A stretch of 64,000 nucleotides of DNA from Flavobacteriia bacterium (GTDB lineage Bacteria > Bacteroidota > Bacteroidia > Flavobacteriales_D > Crocinitomicaceae): positions 25,533 to 89,532 of the forward strand of contig RFQZ01000005.1 of assembly GCA_009924735.1 (NCBI GenBank). The letters are read 5' to 3'. The notes below the pieces were generated by a model that worked only from the letters and a program-made list of their open reading frames with translations, was not told the origin of the DNA and made no database searches. Positions 1 through 9,931 of this stretch are shown here, one piece after another. The position numbers were made by a program, and so were the translations under genes. Position 1 is the first letter of the stretch; each line of letters opens with the position of its first letter.

Positions 1-1
1 A

Positions 2-1129
2 ATCCAAATGGTTGATTTGATTTCCCAATATGAGAAAATCAAGCCCGCCATCGATGAAGCCATCTTTTCGGTCGTCGAAAAAGCACAGTTTATCAATGGT
101 CCTGAAGTACAATTGTTTCAATCCGAATTGGAAGAATACCTGGATGTCAAACATGTAATACCTTGTGCCAACGGTACCGACGCGCTTCAAATTGCAATGA
201 TGGCATTGGGGTTAAAACCGGGTGATGAAGTAATTACACCTTCTTTTACCTACATCGCCACCACAGAAGTGATCGCCTTATTGGGGCTAACGCCAATTTT
301 TGTTGACGTCGACGCAGATACCTTTTGCATAGATCCTTCAAAAATCCAAGCAGCCATCACCCCCAAAACCAAAGCCATTGTTCCGGTTCACCTCTATGGC
401 CAAGCAGCCAATATGGAGGAAATTATGGCCATTGCCAATGCCAACGGACTGTATGTAATTGAAGACAATGCCCAGTCCTTGGGTTGTGATTATTATTTTT
501 CAAATGGGAAAGTCCAAAAAACAGGAACCATTGGGCACATCGGTTGCACCTCGTTTTTTCCAAGTAAAAACCTAGGTTGTTTCGGAGATGGCGGCGCTAT
601 TTTCACAGCGGATGACGCCTTGGCAGAAGAAATGCGCATGATTGCAAACCACGGTCAAAGCAAAAGATACCATCACGATCGGGTAGGGTGTAACTCGCGT
701 TTGGATTCGATTCAAGCGGCAGTCTTACGCATAAAACTTAAGCACCTGGCTGATTACAATGAAAAACGACACCATTTGGCAAATCAATACGATGGTTTTC
801 TTTCGAAATTTAGCAATGTAAAAGTTCCCCATAGGGCAACGTACTCTAACCATGTGTTTCATCAATATACCTTGCAAATCGCCCCGGAATTGAGGGATGA
901 ACTCCACGTTTCTTTACTAGAGGTTGAAATTCCTTCCATGATTTATTATCCCATTCCTGCGCACCGTCAAAAAATGTTTGCATCCTTTGGAAGTGAACAA
1001 ACCCAATTGCCTGTTACAGACTTTTTGACGGAACGCGTCATCTCTCTTCCCATGCATACAGAAATGCAAGCAGACCAATTGGAGTTTATCCTCTCGAAAG
1101 TTGGGGAATTTCTAAACAAAGCGAAATGA
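2..1129 (+). CDS. DegT/DnrJ/EryC1-family PLP-dependent sugar aminotransferase (WbpE-like); 5' end probably lies outside the window
   Basis: ORF 8..1129. The frame stays open to the window edge (..IQMVDL). Family motifs NGTDAL and SFFPSKNLG (PLP lysine), with typical length. Confidence 0.85.
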   Translation: MQMVDLISQYEKIKPAIDEAIFSVVEKAQFINGPEVQLFQSELEEYLDVKHVIPCANGTDALQIAMMALGLKPGDEVITPSFTYIATTEVIALLGLTPIFVDVDADTFCIDPSKIQAAITPKTKAIVPVHLYGQAANMEEIMAIANANGLYVIEDNAQSLGCDYYFSNGKVQKTGTIGHIGCTSFFPSKNLGCFGDGGAIFTADDALAEEMRMIANHGQSKRYHHDRVGCNSRLDSIQAAVLRIKLKHLADYNEKRHHLANQYDGFLSKFSNVKVPHRATYSNHVFHQYTLQIAPELRDELHVSLLEVEIPSMIYYPIPAHRQKMFASFGSEQTQLPVTDFLTERVISLPMHTEMQADQLEFILSKVGEFLNKAK

Positions 1130-2424
1130 AAATAGCCGTAATTGGAACCGGGTATGTTGGTTTGGTCACAGGGACCTGCCTCTCCGAAACGGGGAATGTA
1201 GTTACCTGCGTAGACATTGACCAGGAGAAAATCGAGTTCCTTAAGCAGGGTAAAGTCCCCATTTATGAACCAAACCTCGATGCTTTCATAGAAAGAAATG
1301 TTGTAGCGAATCGGCTTCGTTTTACCACACAGCTCAAAGAAGGAATTCAAGATGCAGAGATTATTTTTCTTGCTTTACCCACCCCCTCGGGTGCGGATGG
1401 ACAAGCGGACCTGAAATACATCCTTCAAGTGGCCGAAGAATTGGGTCCTTTGTTGGAAAAATACACAGTGATTGTCGATAAAAGTACCGTTCCTGTTGGT
1501 ACCGCTGAGAAAGTTCAAAAAGCCATATCCAAGCACGCAAAAAGTGAATTTAGCGTCGTTTCCAATCCTGAATTTCTTCGAGAAGGCTTTGCCGTTCAAG
1601 ATTTCATGAAGCCCGACCGAATCGTCATTGGAAGTACAGACCCACGCGCCATTGAAGCGATGGAGCATTTGTATAAGCCCTATGTCATGCAAGGGAATCC
1701 CATTGTTGTGATGGATGAAAAATCTGCCGAGCTTACAAAATACGCTGCAAATGCATTTTTGGCAACGAAAATCACCTTCATGAATGAAATCGCTAATTTT
1801 TGCGAAAAAGTGGGCGCAGATGTTGACCATGTCCGCATGGGGATTGGCGCCGATGACCGCATAGGGAAAAGGTTTTTATTCCCGGGGATGGGCTACGGAG
1901 GCTCTTGTTTTCCGAAAGATGTTCAAGCCCTTAGCCACAGCGGAAAACTCGAAGGCTATTCCTTTGAAATCATTGATGCGGTAATGCGTGTTAACGACCA
2001 ACAAAAAACCATCTTGTTTCCAAAAATACAAGCCTACTTTTCGGAAAACCTCTCGGGTAAAAAATTGGCCATTTGGGGTCTTTCTTTTAAACCTGATACG
2101 GATGACATCCGAGAAGCCCCCGCTTTGTACCTAATTGACAAACTTTTAGAGGCCGGTGCATTGTTGACTGTTTTTGATCCTGAAGCGATGCCCAACGTGA
2201 AAAGGATTTACCATGATCGATTGACATATGCTATCTCTGAATATGAGGCCATTCAAAATGCTGAAGCCTTGGTGATTTGCACCGAGTGGGCTGTATTTCG
2301 GTCTCCAGATTTTAGCAAACTCACCCAAGAATTAAAAAACAAAGTGATTTTTGATGGAAGGAATGTCTTTGAAAAGGCCAACGTATTATCGCATGGTTTT
2401 GAATATTTTAGCATAGGAAGATGA
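1126..2424 (+). CDS. ugd: UDP-glucose 6-dehydrogenase
   Basis: Rossmann N-terminus [14 protein letters not shown] and catalytic GGSCFPKD motif, 432 aa. ATGA overlap with the upstream gene. Confidence 0.9.
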   Translation: MKIAVIGTGYVGLVTGTCLSETGNVVTCVDIDQEKIEFLKQGKVPIYEPNLDAFIERNVVANRLRFTTQLKEGIQDAEIIFLALPTPSGADGQADLKYILQVAEELGPLLEKYTVIVDKSTVPVGTAEKVQKAISKHAKSEFSVVSNPEFLREGFAVQDFMKPDRIVIGSTDPRAIEAMEHLYKPYVMQGNPIVVMDEKSAELTKYAANAFLATKITFMNEIANFCEKVGADVDHVRMGIGADDRIGKRFLFPGMGYGGSCFPKDVQALSHSGKLEGYSFEIIDAVMRVNDQQKTILFPKIQAYFSENLSGKKLAIWGLSFKPDTDDIREAPALYLIDKLLEAGALLTVFDPEAMPNVKRIYHDRLTYAISEYEAIQNAEALVICTEWAVFRSPDFSKLTQELKNKVIFDGRNVFEKANVLSHGFEYFSIGR

Positions 2425-3416
2425 ATAAAGATAAACGCGTATTGATTACCGGAGCGGCCGGGTTCTTGGGTTCTCACCTGTGTGATCGCTTCGTTAAGGA
2501 AGGCTTCCACGTCATCGCAATGGACAACCTCATCACTGGGAGAATGAGCAACATTGAACATCTTTTTCCTCTACCCAATTTTGAATTTCACCACCACGAT
2601 ATTTCTAAGTTTATTCACATCAGTGGTGAGTTGCATTACGTCCTGCATTTTGCTTCCCCAGCCAGTCCAATTGATTACCTGAAAATCCCGATTCAAACCC
2701 TGAAAGTTGGATCCCTAGGTGTCTACCATTGCTTGGGATTGGCAAAAGAAAAAAATGCACGACTCTTAATTGCATCCACTTCTGAAGTATATGGCGACCC
2801 TGAGGTCCATCCCCAAAAAGAAACCTATTGGGGGAATGTAAATCCTGTAGGACCAAGAGGGGTTTACGATGAAGCCAAACGTTTTCAAGAAGCAATGACT
2901 ATGGCTTACCATACCTACCATGGCATGGAGACAAGAATCGCACGGATTTTCAATACCTACGGTCCTCGCATGCGCTTAAACGATGGGAGGGTTTTGCCGG
3001 CATTTATTGGCCAAGCTTTACGGGGAGAAGACCTAACCGTTTTTGGAGATGGTTCTCAAACAAGATCCTTTTGCTATGTTGATGATTTGGTGGAAGGAAT
3101 CTATCGATTGCTTTTTTGCGATTATTCTGGTCCCGTGAATTTGGGAAATCCACAAGAAATTACCATCAAAGAATTTGCAGAAGAAATTGTAAAATTAACG
3201 GGGACCCAACAAAAAATCAGTTACGTGGAATTGCCTGTGGACGACCCCAAACAACGTCAACCCGATATTACATTGGCTAGGGAATTGCTTCATTGGGAAC
3301 CTAAAATTTCCAGGCAAGAAGGTTTGGAAAGGACGTATGCCTATTTTAAGACACTTTCAGAAGAAGCCCTTTTCGCCAAGGAACATAACAATTTTGAAAA
3401 ATACATTGTAAAATGA
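2421..3416 (+). CDS. UDP-glucuronate decarboxylase (UDP-xylose synthase), extended SDR
   Basis: [25 protein letters not shown] (YxxxK), and the [17 protein letters not shown] signature typical of UXS. ATGA overlap with ugd. Confidence 0.85.
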   Translation: MNKDKRVLITGAAGFLGSHLCDRFVKEGFHVIAMDNLITGRMSNIEHLFPLPNFEFHHHDISKFIHISGELHYVLHFASPASPIDYLKIPIQTLKVGSLGVYHCLGLAKEKNARLLIASTSEVYGDPEVHPQKETYWGNVNPVGPRGVYDEAKRFQEAMTMAYHTYHGMETRIARIFNTYGPRMRLNDGRVLPAFIGQALRGEDLTVFGDGSQTRSFCYVDDLVEGIYRLLFCDYSGPVNLGNPQEITIKEFAEEIVKLTGTQQKISYVELPVDDPKQRQPDITLARELLHWEPKISRQEGLERTYAYFKTLSEEALFAKEHNNFEKYIVK

Positions 3417-3988
3417 CGGATTTCTTTGCACACCCCACCGCTGTAATTGATGCTGGGTGTACCATAGGTGCAGGCACAAAAATTTGGCATTTTTCACACA
3501 TTATGCAAGATTCTGTTATTGGAGATCAATGCAACATTGGGCAAAATGTCGTGGTTTCTCCAGGCGTGGTTTTGGGGAAGAATGTAAAGGTTCAAAACAA
3601 TGTATCCATTTACACCGGTGTTGTCTGTGAAGACGATGTGTTCCTGGGGCCATCCATGGTGTTTACCAATGTTATTAATCCCAGAAGTCATGTCGTTCGC
3701 AAGGAGCAATATGCCCAAACCCATGTAAGAAAAGGGGCAAGCATAGGGGCAAATGCGACAATCATATGTGGAAATGAAATTGGCATGTTTGCTTTGGTGG
3801 GCGCAGGCGCAGTTGTTACAAAGGAAGTTAAGCCCTACGCCTTGGTTGTGGGTAACCCCGCAAAGCAAATTGGATGGGTAAGTGAATTCGGTCACCGGCT
3901 GATATTCAATGAAACAGGGGAAGCTACCTGCCCGGAATCCAATCAAAATTATCTTTTAGAAAATCAAAAAGTAACAAGGTTAACATGA
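3413..3988 (+). CDS. Hexapeptide-repeat (left-handed beta-helix) sugar N-acetyltransferase, WbpD/WlbB-like
   Basis: Repeated [LIV]-G-x4 hexapeptides across the ORF. N-terminus [26 protein letters not shown] resembles the WbpD family. ATGA overlaps on both sides. Confidence 0.75.
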   Translation: MTDFFAHPTAVIDAGCTIGAGTKIWHFSHIMQDSVIGDQCNIGQNVVVSPGVVLGKNVKVQNNVSIYTGVVCEDDVFLGPSMVFTNVINPRSHVVRKEQYAQTHVRKGASIGANATIICGNEIGMFALVGAGAVVTKEVKPYALVVGNPAKQIGWVSEFGHRLIFNETGEATCPESNQNYLLENQKVTRLT

Positions 3989-5034
3989 TTAATCAAGAAA
4001 AAATAAAATTTGCGGTTGTGGGTGCGGGTCACATTGGGAAAAGACATGCAGAGATGATTCAGCGAGATGCTGAAAGTGAACTGGTAGCCATTTGTGATGT
4101 GCGAAATATGGAGGAATGTGATGCGCAGCATTTTAATGTACCTCATTTTGATTCCATTGAAAAATTATTTGCAAGTAACCTCGCCTTTGATGTGGTAAGC
4201 ATCTGTACGCCCAATGGGATGCACGCTGATCAAGCGATTTTCGCACTCGAAAACGGGAAACATGTCGTGGTTGAAAAGCCCATGGGACTCACCAAAAAAA
4301 GCTGTGAAAAAGTAATTTTTACAGCCCTCAAAAACAACAAACAAGTCTTCTGCGTGATGCAAAACAGGTATTCACCGCCCTCGCTTTGGATAAAATCCAT
4401 CGTAGATAAAGATGTGTTGGGTGAAATTTTTATGGTACAAGTGAATTGCTATTGGAATCGAGATGAAAGGTATTATAAGCCCGGAAATTGGAAAGGAAGC
4501 AACGATTTAGACGGTGGCACCTTGTTCACGCAATTCTCTCACTTCATAGACATCATGTATTGGCTTTTTGGGGATGTCGACCACATTCAAGGGAAATTTG
4601 CGGATTTCACCCATACTGAGACAACGGATTTTGAAGATTCTGGCTTTGTAAGTTTTCAATTCCTCAATGGTGGGATGGGTTGTATTAACTATTCTACTTC
4701 TGTGGCAAACCAAAATTTAGAAAGCTCCATGACCATCATTGGTAAAAATGGCAGCGTTAAAATAGGCGGGCAATACATGAATGAAGTGGAAGTTTGCAAC
4801 ATTAAAGACTACCAAATGCCCGTGCTAGAAGAATCAAACCCGGCAAATGACTATGGTCCGTACAAAGGTTCTGCAGCCAACCATAACTATGTAATTTCAA
4901 ACGTAATAGACACTTTGAAAGGAAGAACCACCGCGACAACCAATGCACTCGAAGGATTGAAAGTCGTCGACATCATTGAAAGAATATATGCAATTAGAGA
5001 TGAACAATCCATTTTACTTTCCAATCCATCATAA
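3985..5034 (+). CDS. Gfo/Idh/MocA-family NAD-dependent oxidoreductase (WbpB-like)
   Basis: N-terminal KFAVVGAGHIGKRH dinucleotide fold, EKP motif (VVVEKPMG), 349 aa. Confidence 0.8.
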   Translation: MINQEKIKFAVVGAGHIGKRHAEMIQRDAESELVAICDVRNMEECDAQHFNVPHFDSIEKLFASNLAFDVVSICTPNGMHADQAIFALENGKHVVVEKPMGLTKKSCEKVIFTALKNNKQVFCVMQNRYSPPSLWIKSIVDKDVLGEIFMVQVNCYWNRDERYYKPGNWKGSNDLDGGTLFTQFSHFIDIMYWLFGDVDHIQGKFADFTHTETTDFEDSGFVSFQFLNGGMGCINYSTSVANQNLESSMTIIGKNGSVKIGGQYMNEVEVCNIKDYQMPVLEESNPANDYGPYKGSAANHNYVISNVIDTLKGRTTATTNALEGLKVVDIIERIYAIRDEQSILLSNPS

Positions 5035-6016
5035 TGCTAGAAAAATACACCGAACTAAAAGATAAGCATACTGCCATTGCCGTCATCGGCCTTGGTTATG
5101 TCGGACTTCCGCTTGCGCTCGCTTTTGCAAAAAAATTAAAAGTGATTGGTTTCGACATCAATGCAGAACGCGTTGAAAAAATGAGGAACCACATCGATCC
5201 CAGCAACGAACTCTCAAAGGAAGAATTCAACGATTGTGACATCCAATTTTCCTCTGACATCCAAGCGCTCAAAGCGTCCACCTTTTACGTAATTGCCGTT
5301 CCTACGCCCATAGACGACAGCAACCTCCCAGATTTAAAACCCCTTTTGGCAGCTACAAAAACCGTGGGTTCAACCTTGAAAAAAGGCGACTCATCAATGA
5401 ACTTTCCATTATTTTCAATAAGTTGAAAATCAATACCTACGATGTACTCGAAGCCGCAGGTACCAAATGGAATTTCTTGAAATTTTCCCCGGGATTGGTA
5501 GGTGGGCATTGCATCGGAGTGGATCCGTATTACCTAACCCATCGCGCACAACAGGTGGGATACCATGCCAAAGTGATTACCAGTGGTCGATATGTCAACG
5601 ATTCCATGGGATTTTACATTGCCAAACAAGCCGTGAAAAAAGTCATCGCCCAAGGAAAACACATCCAAGATGCGAAAACCTTGATCATGGGTACCACCTT
5701 CAAAGAAAATGTCAGCGACATCAGAAATTCTAAAGTGATGGACATCGTGAATGAATTGAAATCCTTTCAAATGAATGTCGATTTAATCGACCCGCATGCG
5801 TCTTCCCAAGAAATGATAGAAACCTATGGTGTGGCATTGAAAGAAACACCCGATACCGATTATGATGCCATTATTGTGGCCGTAAACCATAAAGAGTATG
5901 TCGCTTTGGACGAACAATATTTTTCGGGTCTGTTAAAAAACAACCAAGGGGTTTTCATCGATGTGAAAGGCATATATAAAGACAAAATTACAAACCTAGA
6001 CTATTGGAGCTTATAA
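5034..6016 (+). pseudogene. UDP-N-acetyl-hexosamine (GlcNAc/ManNAc) 6-dehydrogenase family gene (WbpA/WbpO/CapL-like) with an internal out-of-frame deletion
   Basis: Two ORFs (5034..5426 and 5423..6016) carry the N- and C-terminal parts of one nucleotide-sugar dehydrogenase. The first frame ends ..TLKKGD then runs into junk plus a stop. Reading the second frame backwards from 5423 gives LINELSIIFNKLKINTYDVLEAAGTKWNF, joined directly to GD at about 5388-5392. The total is 130+197 aa, against roughly 420-430 aa for intact family members. Confidence 0.75.
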
Positions 6017-6018
6017 CT

Positions 6019-7077
6019 ATGGAATTTCAAAAATGTATTGCCATTACAGGAGGCGCAGGATTTATCGGCTCGCATGTCGTTAGAAGGTTTTTAACCCGCT
6101 ACCCAGACTATCAAATTGTCAATTTGGACAAACTAACCTATGCAGGTAACCTGGAAAACTTGACAGATGTTGCAATGCTACCGAACTACGTTTTTGAAAA
6201 AGTAGACATCCAAGACATCGGCGCATTGAAAACATTGTTTGAAAAATACCAATTCACCGACGTAATTCACCTTGCTGCAGAATCACATGTTGACCGTTCC
6301 ATCGAAGGACCCATGGATTTTGTAATGACCAATGTCGTTGGTACCGTAAATCTCTTGGAGGTTTCCCGAGCCCTTTGGAAAGATTCCAGCCATCATGTTT
6401 TTTACCACGTTTCCACAGATGAGGTTTTTGGAAGCCTGGGCGAAGAAGGTTTTTTTACCGAATCCACCGCTTACGATCCCCGGAGTCCTTACTCTGCATC
6501 GAAAGCCGCTTCCGACCATTTCGTCCGAGCGTACTTCCATACCTATGGTTTACCCGTGAAAATGTCGAATTGCTCCAACAATTATGGAAGCCACCACTTT
6601 CCGGAGAAACTCATCCCCCTAATGATCAACAACATCTTAACGCACAAACCTTTGCCCATTTATGGTGAAGGAAACAATGTTCGAGATTGGTTGTGGGTGG
6701 AAGACCACGCTTCTGCGATTGATGCGATTTTTCATAAAGGCGTATTGGGCGATTCATACAATGTTGGTGGGTTAAATGAATGGACCAACCTTGAATTGGT
6801 AAAATACCTCTGTCAATGCATGGACGAGAAACTGGGAAGGGAAACGGGTGAATCTGAAAAGCTCATCACCTTTGTAAAAGACCGCGCTGGACATGATATG
6901 CGGTATGCCATTGATGCCAACAAGTTAAAAACCGAATTGGGGTGGGAGCCTTCCCTCACTTTTGAAGAAGGCCTGTCGCGTACGATCGATTGGTATTTGC
7001 AAAACAGACCTTGGATGGATCAAGTGACCTCGGGTGCTTACCGAAGTTATTACGAAGAAATGTACCACAAAAAATGA
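6019..7077 (+). CDS. rfbB: dTDP-glucose 4,6-dehydratase
   Basis: TGGAGFIGSH, HLAAESHVDRS, STDEVFG, YSASKAASDH. I prefer the ATG at 6019, just after the stop of the upstream pseudogene, over the ORF-track start at 6004. Confidence 0.9.
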   Translation: MEFQKCIAITGGAGFIGSHVVRRFLTRYPDYQIVNLDKLTYAGNLENLTDVAMLPNYVFEKVDIQDIGALKTLFEKYQFTDVIHLAAESHVDRSIEGPMDFVMTNVVGTVNLLEVSRALWKDSSHHVFYHVSTDEVFGSLGEEGFFTESTAYDPRSPYSASKAASDHFVRAYFHTYGLPVKMSNCSNNYGSHHFPEKLIPLMINNILTHKPLPIYGEGNNVRDWLWVEDHASAIDAIFHKGVLGDSYNVGGLNEWTNLELVKYLCQCMDEKLGRETGESEKLITFVKDRAGHDMRYAIDANKLKTELGWEPSLTFEEGLSRTIDWYLQNRPWMDQVTSGAYRSYYEEMYHKK

Positions 7078-7826
7078 GTTGGTTTCGAAAGGTTTTTTCT
7101 TCCTCGCAAACCGAAGCAAGTCCCAAGCTATCCCTTTCTTGGTTAAATGCAGACATGCACAGCCATTTTATTCCGGGCATAGACGATGGTTCAAAATCCA
7201 TGGATGAAAGCTTAGCATTGCTGCTTAAAATGAAGGATTTAGGATATAAGAAGTGCATCACAACGCCACACATCAAAATGGATATGTATCCAAATACCGA
7301 AGAAGCCATTCTGCGCGGTTTTGAAGAAGTGAAAAAAGAAATGCATCATAGGAATTTCGATTTCCCCTTGGAAGTGGCTGCAGAGTATTTCCTTGACGAT
7401 TCCATCCTCCCCAAGATTGAAAAAAAATCCCTTTTAAACTTCGGAAAAGAAAAATTCGTACTCGTAGAATTTAGCTTCACAAATCCGCCGGTTTACGAAA
7501 AAGACATATTTAAAAGAATGTTGGACAAGGGTTATACACCCATACTTGCCCATTTTGAACGGTACCTCTATTTCTTAGGAAGTGTTGATGCCGCTGCCAC
7601 CTATCGTGAGCTTGGGGTAAACATCCAAATGAACCTGAATTCTTTAACCGGACATTATGGACCAGAAATCCGAAAACAAGCAGAATTAATGATGGATGAG
7701 GTTTTGGTGGATTTCGCAGGTACCGATGCCCATCGAATGGACCATTTAACCATGCTTGAAGAACACCTTTCGCTTCCTTATTTGAGCAGCCTGAGCCATC
7801 GCTTGTTGAAAAACCAAGGGTTGTGA
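7074..7826 (+). CDS. CpsB/CapC-type PHP-domain protein-tyrosine phosphatase (capsule/EPS regulation)
   Basis: Motif DMHSHFIPGIDDGSKSMDESLALL...TPH, then later HFERY and GTDAHR metal-binding motifs. I prefer the ATG at 7074, which forms an ATGA overlap with the rfbB stop, over 6990. Confidence 0.75.
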   Translation: MSWFRKVFSSSQTEASPKLSLSWLNADMHSHFIPGIDDGSKSMDESLALLLKMKDLGYKKCITTPHIKMDMYPNTEEAILRGFEEVKKEMHHRNFDFPLEVAAEYFLDDSILPKIEKKSLLNFGKEKFVLVEFSFTNPPVYEKDIFKRMLDKGYTPILAHFERYLYFLGSVDAAATYRELGVNIQMNLNSLTGHYGPEIRKQAELMMDEVLVDFAGTDAHRMDHLTMLEEHLSLPYLSSLSHRLLKNQGL

Positions 7827-8287
7827 AGTTGTATTTTCTTCGGCATGCCAAAACCCTAGCGTTCTCAGATTCTGGGGATGACTTCGACCGTCGTTTGGCA
7901 GACAAAGGACGTAGACAAACAGAAATCATTACAGAGAAATTAGGCACATTGGGGATTGTGAAAATCTACTGTTCCTCGGCCCAAAGAACCAAAGAAACCA
8001 TTGCTCCCTTTGCCAACGCATACAAGGAAATCCCAATGGTGTTTTGTCCAGAATTGTACATGGCGTCGCTCGAAACGTGGAAAAACTTCCTTTCCCAAAA
8101 TGCAGGAGATTCGGTCTTGTTTGTTGGGCATAACGAAGGAATATCGGAAATCATTAGCCATTTATTGGTACAAGACATAACACTCAAAACAGGAACCTTG
8201 GTCGCCTTGGAAACGGTGGTGCCTTCATCCGACATGCTTATTCAGGGGTCTGCGGTGTTGAGGGAGTGGTATCGTCCAACGGTATAA
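7823..8287 (+). CDS. Histidine-phosphatase superfamily protein, SixA-like
   Basis: N-terminal LYFLRHAKT (the RHG-type motif with catalytic His), later GHNEG, about 150 aa. GTGA overlap with the CpsB-like gene. Confidence 0.65.
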   Translation: MKLYFLRHAKTLAFSDSGDDFDRRLADKGRRQTEIITEKLGTLGIVKIYCSSAQRTKETIAPFANAYKEIPMVFCPELYMASLETWKNFLSQNAGDSVLFVGHNEGISEIISHLLVQDITLKTGTLVALETVVPSSDMLIQGSAVLREWYRPTV

Positions 8288-9011
8288 TTGGAACATTGGG
8301 ACGGTAATGGTAAACGATGATGGGAGGAACCCTTGGTGTTTCCGCTTCATTAGCTTTTGCAAGTTCCGCTTCAAAATCAGGGGGTTCGATCCCCATTTCT
8401 CGCTCGATTTCGTATTGGTATTTAGGACGTTGGGGTCCTTGTTTCCTAAAAACAAAGGCCAATACAACGCCTGTAAGAATTCCGGCCAGGTGGCCCTCCC
8501 ATGAAACGTGTTTTACCAAAGGAAAAATCCCCCAAATCATGCTGCCATAAATAAACACCACCAACATAGAGAGTGCTTGTAAGGGAAAATACCTGCGCAG
8601 CAATCCCGACGCAAACAAAAATCCGAACAGTGAATAAATCACCCCGCTGATTCCGATGTGATACGCCCCATTGTTGCTTGCAAAAGCCCAAACCAATGCC
8701 CCACCGATCAGCCAGCTAAGGAAAAGCACTTTGAAAGATATGCTTCGGTAGGAATATACCAATAAGGACATCAGCAAAGCAAATGCAACGGAATTATTGA
8801 GTAAATGGTGGTAATCCAACTTGTCGTGAATGAGCGGCATGGTAAGTATACCAATCAATCCGTGAACGGTCTTAGGCATTACCCCAAGGGTATAAAAAGG
8901 AAAAACAAACAGGTGTTGCGCCCACTGAATGATCCAAAGCAGCAGTACAATCAAACCACCAGGTATGAGGGACGGCCAAAAGGTACTGTCGAAATGGGGA
9001 TGGTTTTTCAC
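8238..9011 (-). CDS. Rhomboid-family intramembrane serine protease
   Basis: Multiple TM helices, GISGVIYSLFG (GxSG catalytic Ser) and HLAGILTG (catalytic His). Has a hydrophilic C-terminal tail. Confidence 0.8.
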   Translation of the reverse strand: MKNHPHFDSTFWPSLIPGGLIVLLLWIIQWAQHLFVFPFYTLGVMPKTVHGLIGILTMPLIHDKLDYHHLLNNSVAFALLMSLLVYSYRSISFKVLFLSWLIGGALVWAFASNNGAYHIGISGVIYSLFGFLFASGLLRRYFPLQALSMLVVFIYGSMIWGIFPLVKHVSWEGHLAGILTGVVLAFVFRKQGPQRPKYQYEIEREMGIEPPDFEAELAKANEAETPRVPPIIVYHYRPNVPIIPLDDTTPSTPQTPE

Positions 9012-9157
9012 AGCGGCCGTTTTTTCAAAAGACGTGCCTAGGAAGGTAGGGTGACAGAATGTCTGTTTATTGGTTAATACTGACTACTGTATGAATTCAT
9101 TTTTTTTGTTGAACGTAAAATTAGCAGTCCTAAAACCCCATTCAGATTCTCTATGCC

Positions 9158-9165
9158 TATCTTTG
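9158..9165 (+). promoter_or_regulatory. Bacteroidota -7 promoter box (TATCTTTG)
   Basis: Matches the TAnnTTTG consensus. It ends only 4 nt before the ATG at 9170. Confidence 0.4.
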
Positions 9166-9169
9166 TACC

Positions 9170-9673
9170 ATGGAAGAAATTAAAAACAAGGTCAAAGAAA
9201 GCGGTTTGATTCAATTGGATTTGGCAGATTTCTTACCGAAAGTCAATCCCGTTTCCTTGGATTTAAGCGAACAATTGTGGCAAGGTTTGGTCTTGCGAGA
9301 AAAGGATTTTCGTGCATGGGTGAAGGAAAACGATTGGTCAACCTATGGCGGTGTTCCTGTTCGTGTGTTCTGCAATACAGATGCCGTTATTCCCACGTGG
9401 GCCTATATGCTGGTAACCTCCGCGTTGGCGCCTTACACACAAGATGTGGTCGCGGGTTCTGCTGCTGTCATGGAACATTTTTTACTTTCAAAAGCGTTAA
9501 AGGAATTAGACCTAGCATCCTTGCGCGACCAACGGGTAATTGTTAAGGGTTGTGCAAACTTGTTAGACCAAGAATATGCGCTAACGCAATTGGTGTTGAC
9601 TTTGCGACCCGTAGTGAAATCCCTCATGTTTGGTGAACCGTGTTCTACGGTCCCAATTTATAAGAAAAGCTAA
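9170..9673 (+). CDS. Conserved Bacteroidota protein, DUF2480-like
   Basis: 167 aa. The pattern LVLREKDFRAWVKENDWSTY...DAVIPTWAYMLV...MFGEPCSTVPIYKK matches my recollection of the DUF2480 family. Confidence 0.55.
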   Translation: MEEIKNKVKESGLIQLDLADFLPKVNPVSLDLSEQLWQGLVLREKDFRAWVKENDWSTYGGVPVRVFCNTDAVIPTWAYMLVTSALAPYTQDVVAGSAAVMEHFLLSKALKELDLASLRDQRVIVKGCANLLDQEYALTQLVLTLRPVVKSLMFGEPCSTVPIYKKS

Positions 9674-9697
9674 GAAACGAAGGTTGACTTTCGTGGG

Positions 9698-9931
9698 TTA
9701 ATCAATGACAGAGAACAGGGAAGACAAGGATAGGTCAAAAGCCAAAGCCAATTGTCGAAGGATCTTTAAACTTGGATTGAATCCCCCTTTTTCGATGCGC
9801 TGAATGGTGCGTATGTCGACGTCACATAAAGCTGCCAGCTGTTGTTGGGTAATGTTTTTTGATTTTCGAATCTCCCGTATTTTAGCTCCGAATTTTTGTA
9901 ATTCTAAGCCGAGTTCGTTTTCCACATGCAA
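9698..9931 (-). CDS. XRE-family helix-turn-helix transcriptional regulator
   Basis: 77 aa. Classic Cro/C1 HTH: FGAKIREIRKSKNITQQQLAALCDVDIRTIQRIEKG. Confidence 0.8.
   Translation of the reverse strand: MHVENELGLELQKFGAKIREIRKSKNITQQQLAALCDVDIRTIQRIEKGGFNPSLKILRQLALAFDLSLSSLFSVID

Noticed and set aside
6990-7073. Long N-terminal extension of the CpsB-like ORF overlapping rfbB by 88 nt
   Set aside because: The ATG at 7074 gives an ATGA stop/start overlap with rfbB. The phosphatase motifs begin shortly after it, and the extension has no family-like sequence.
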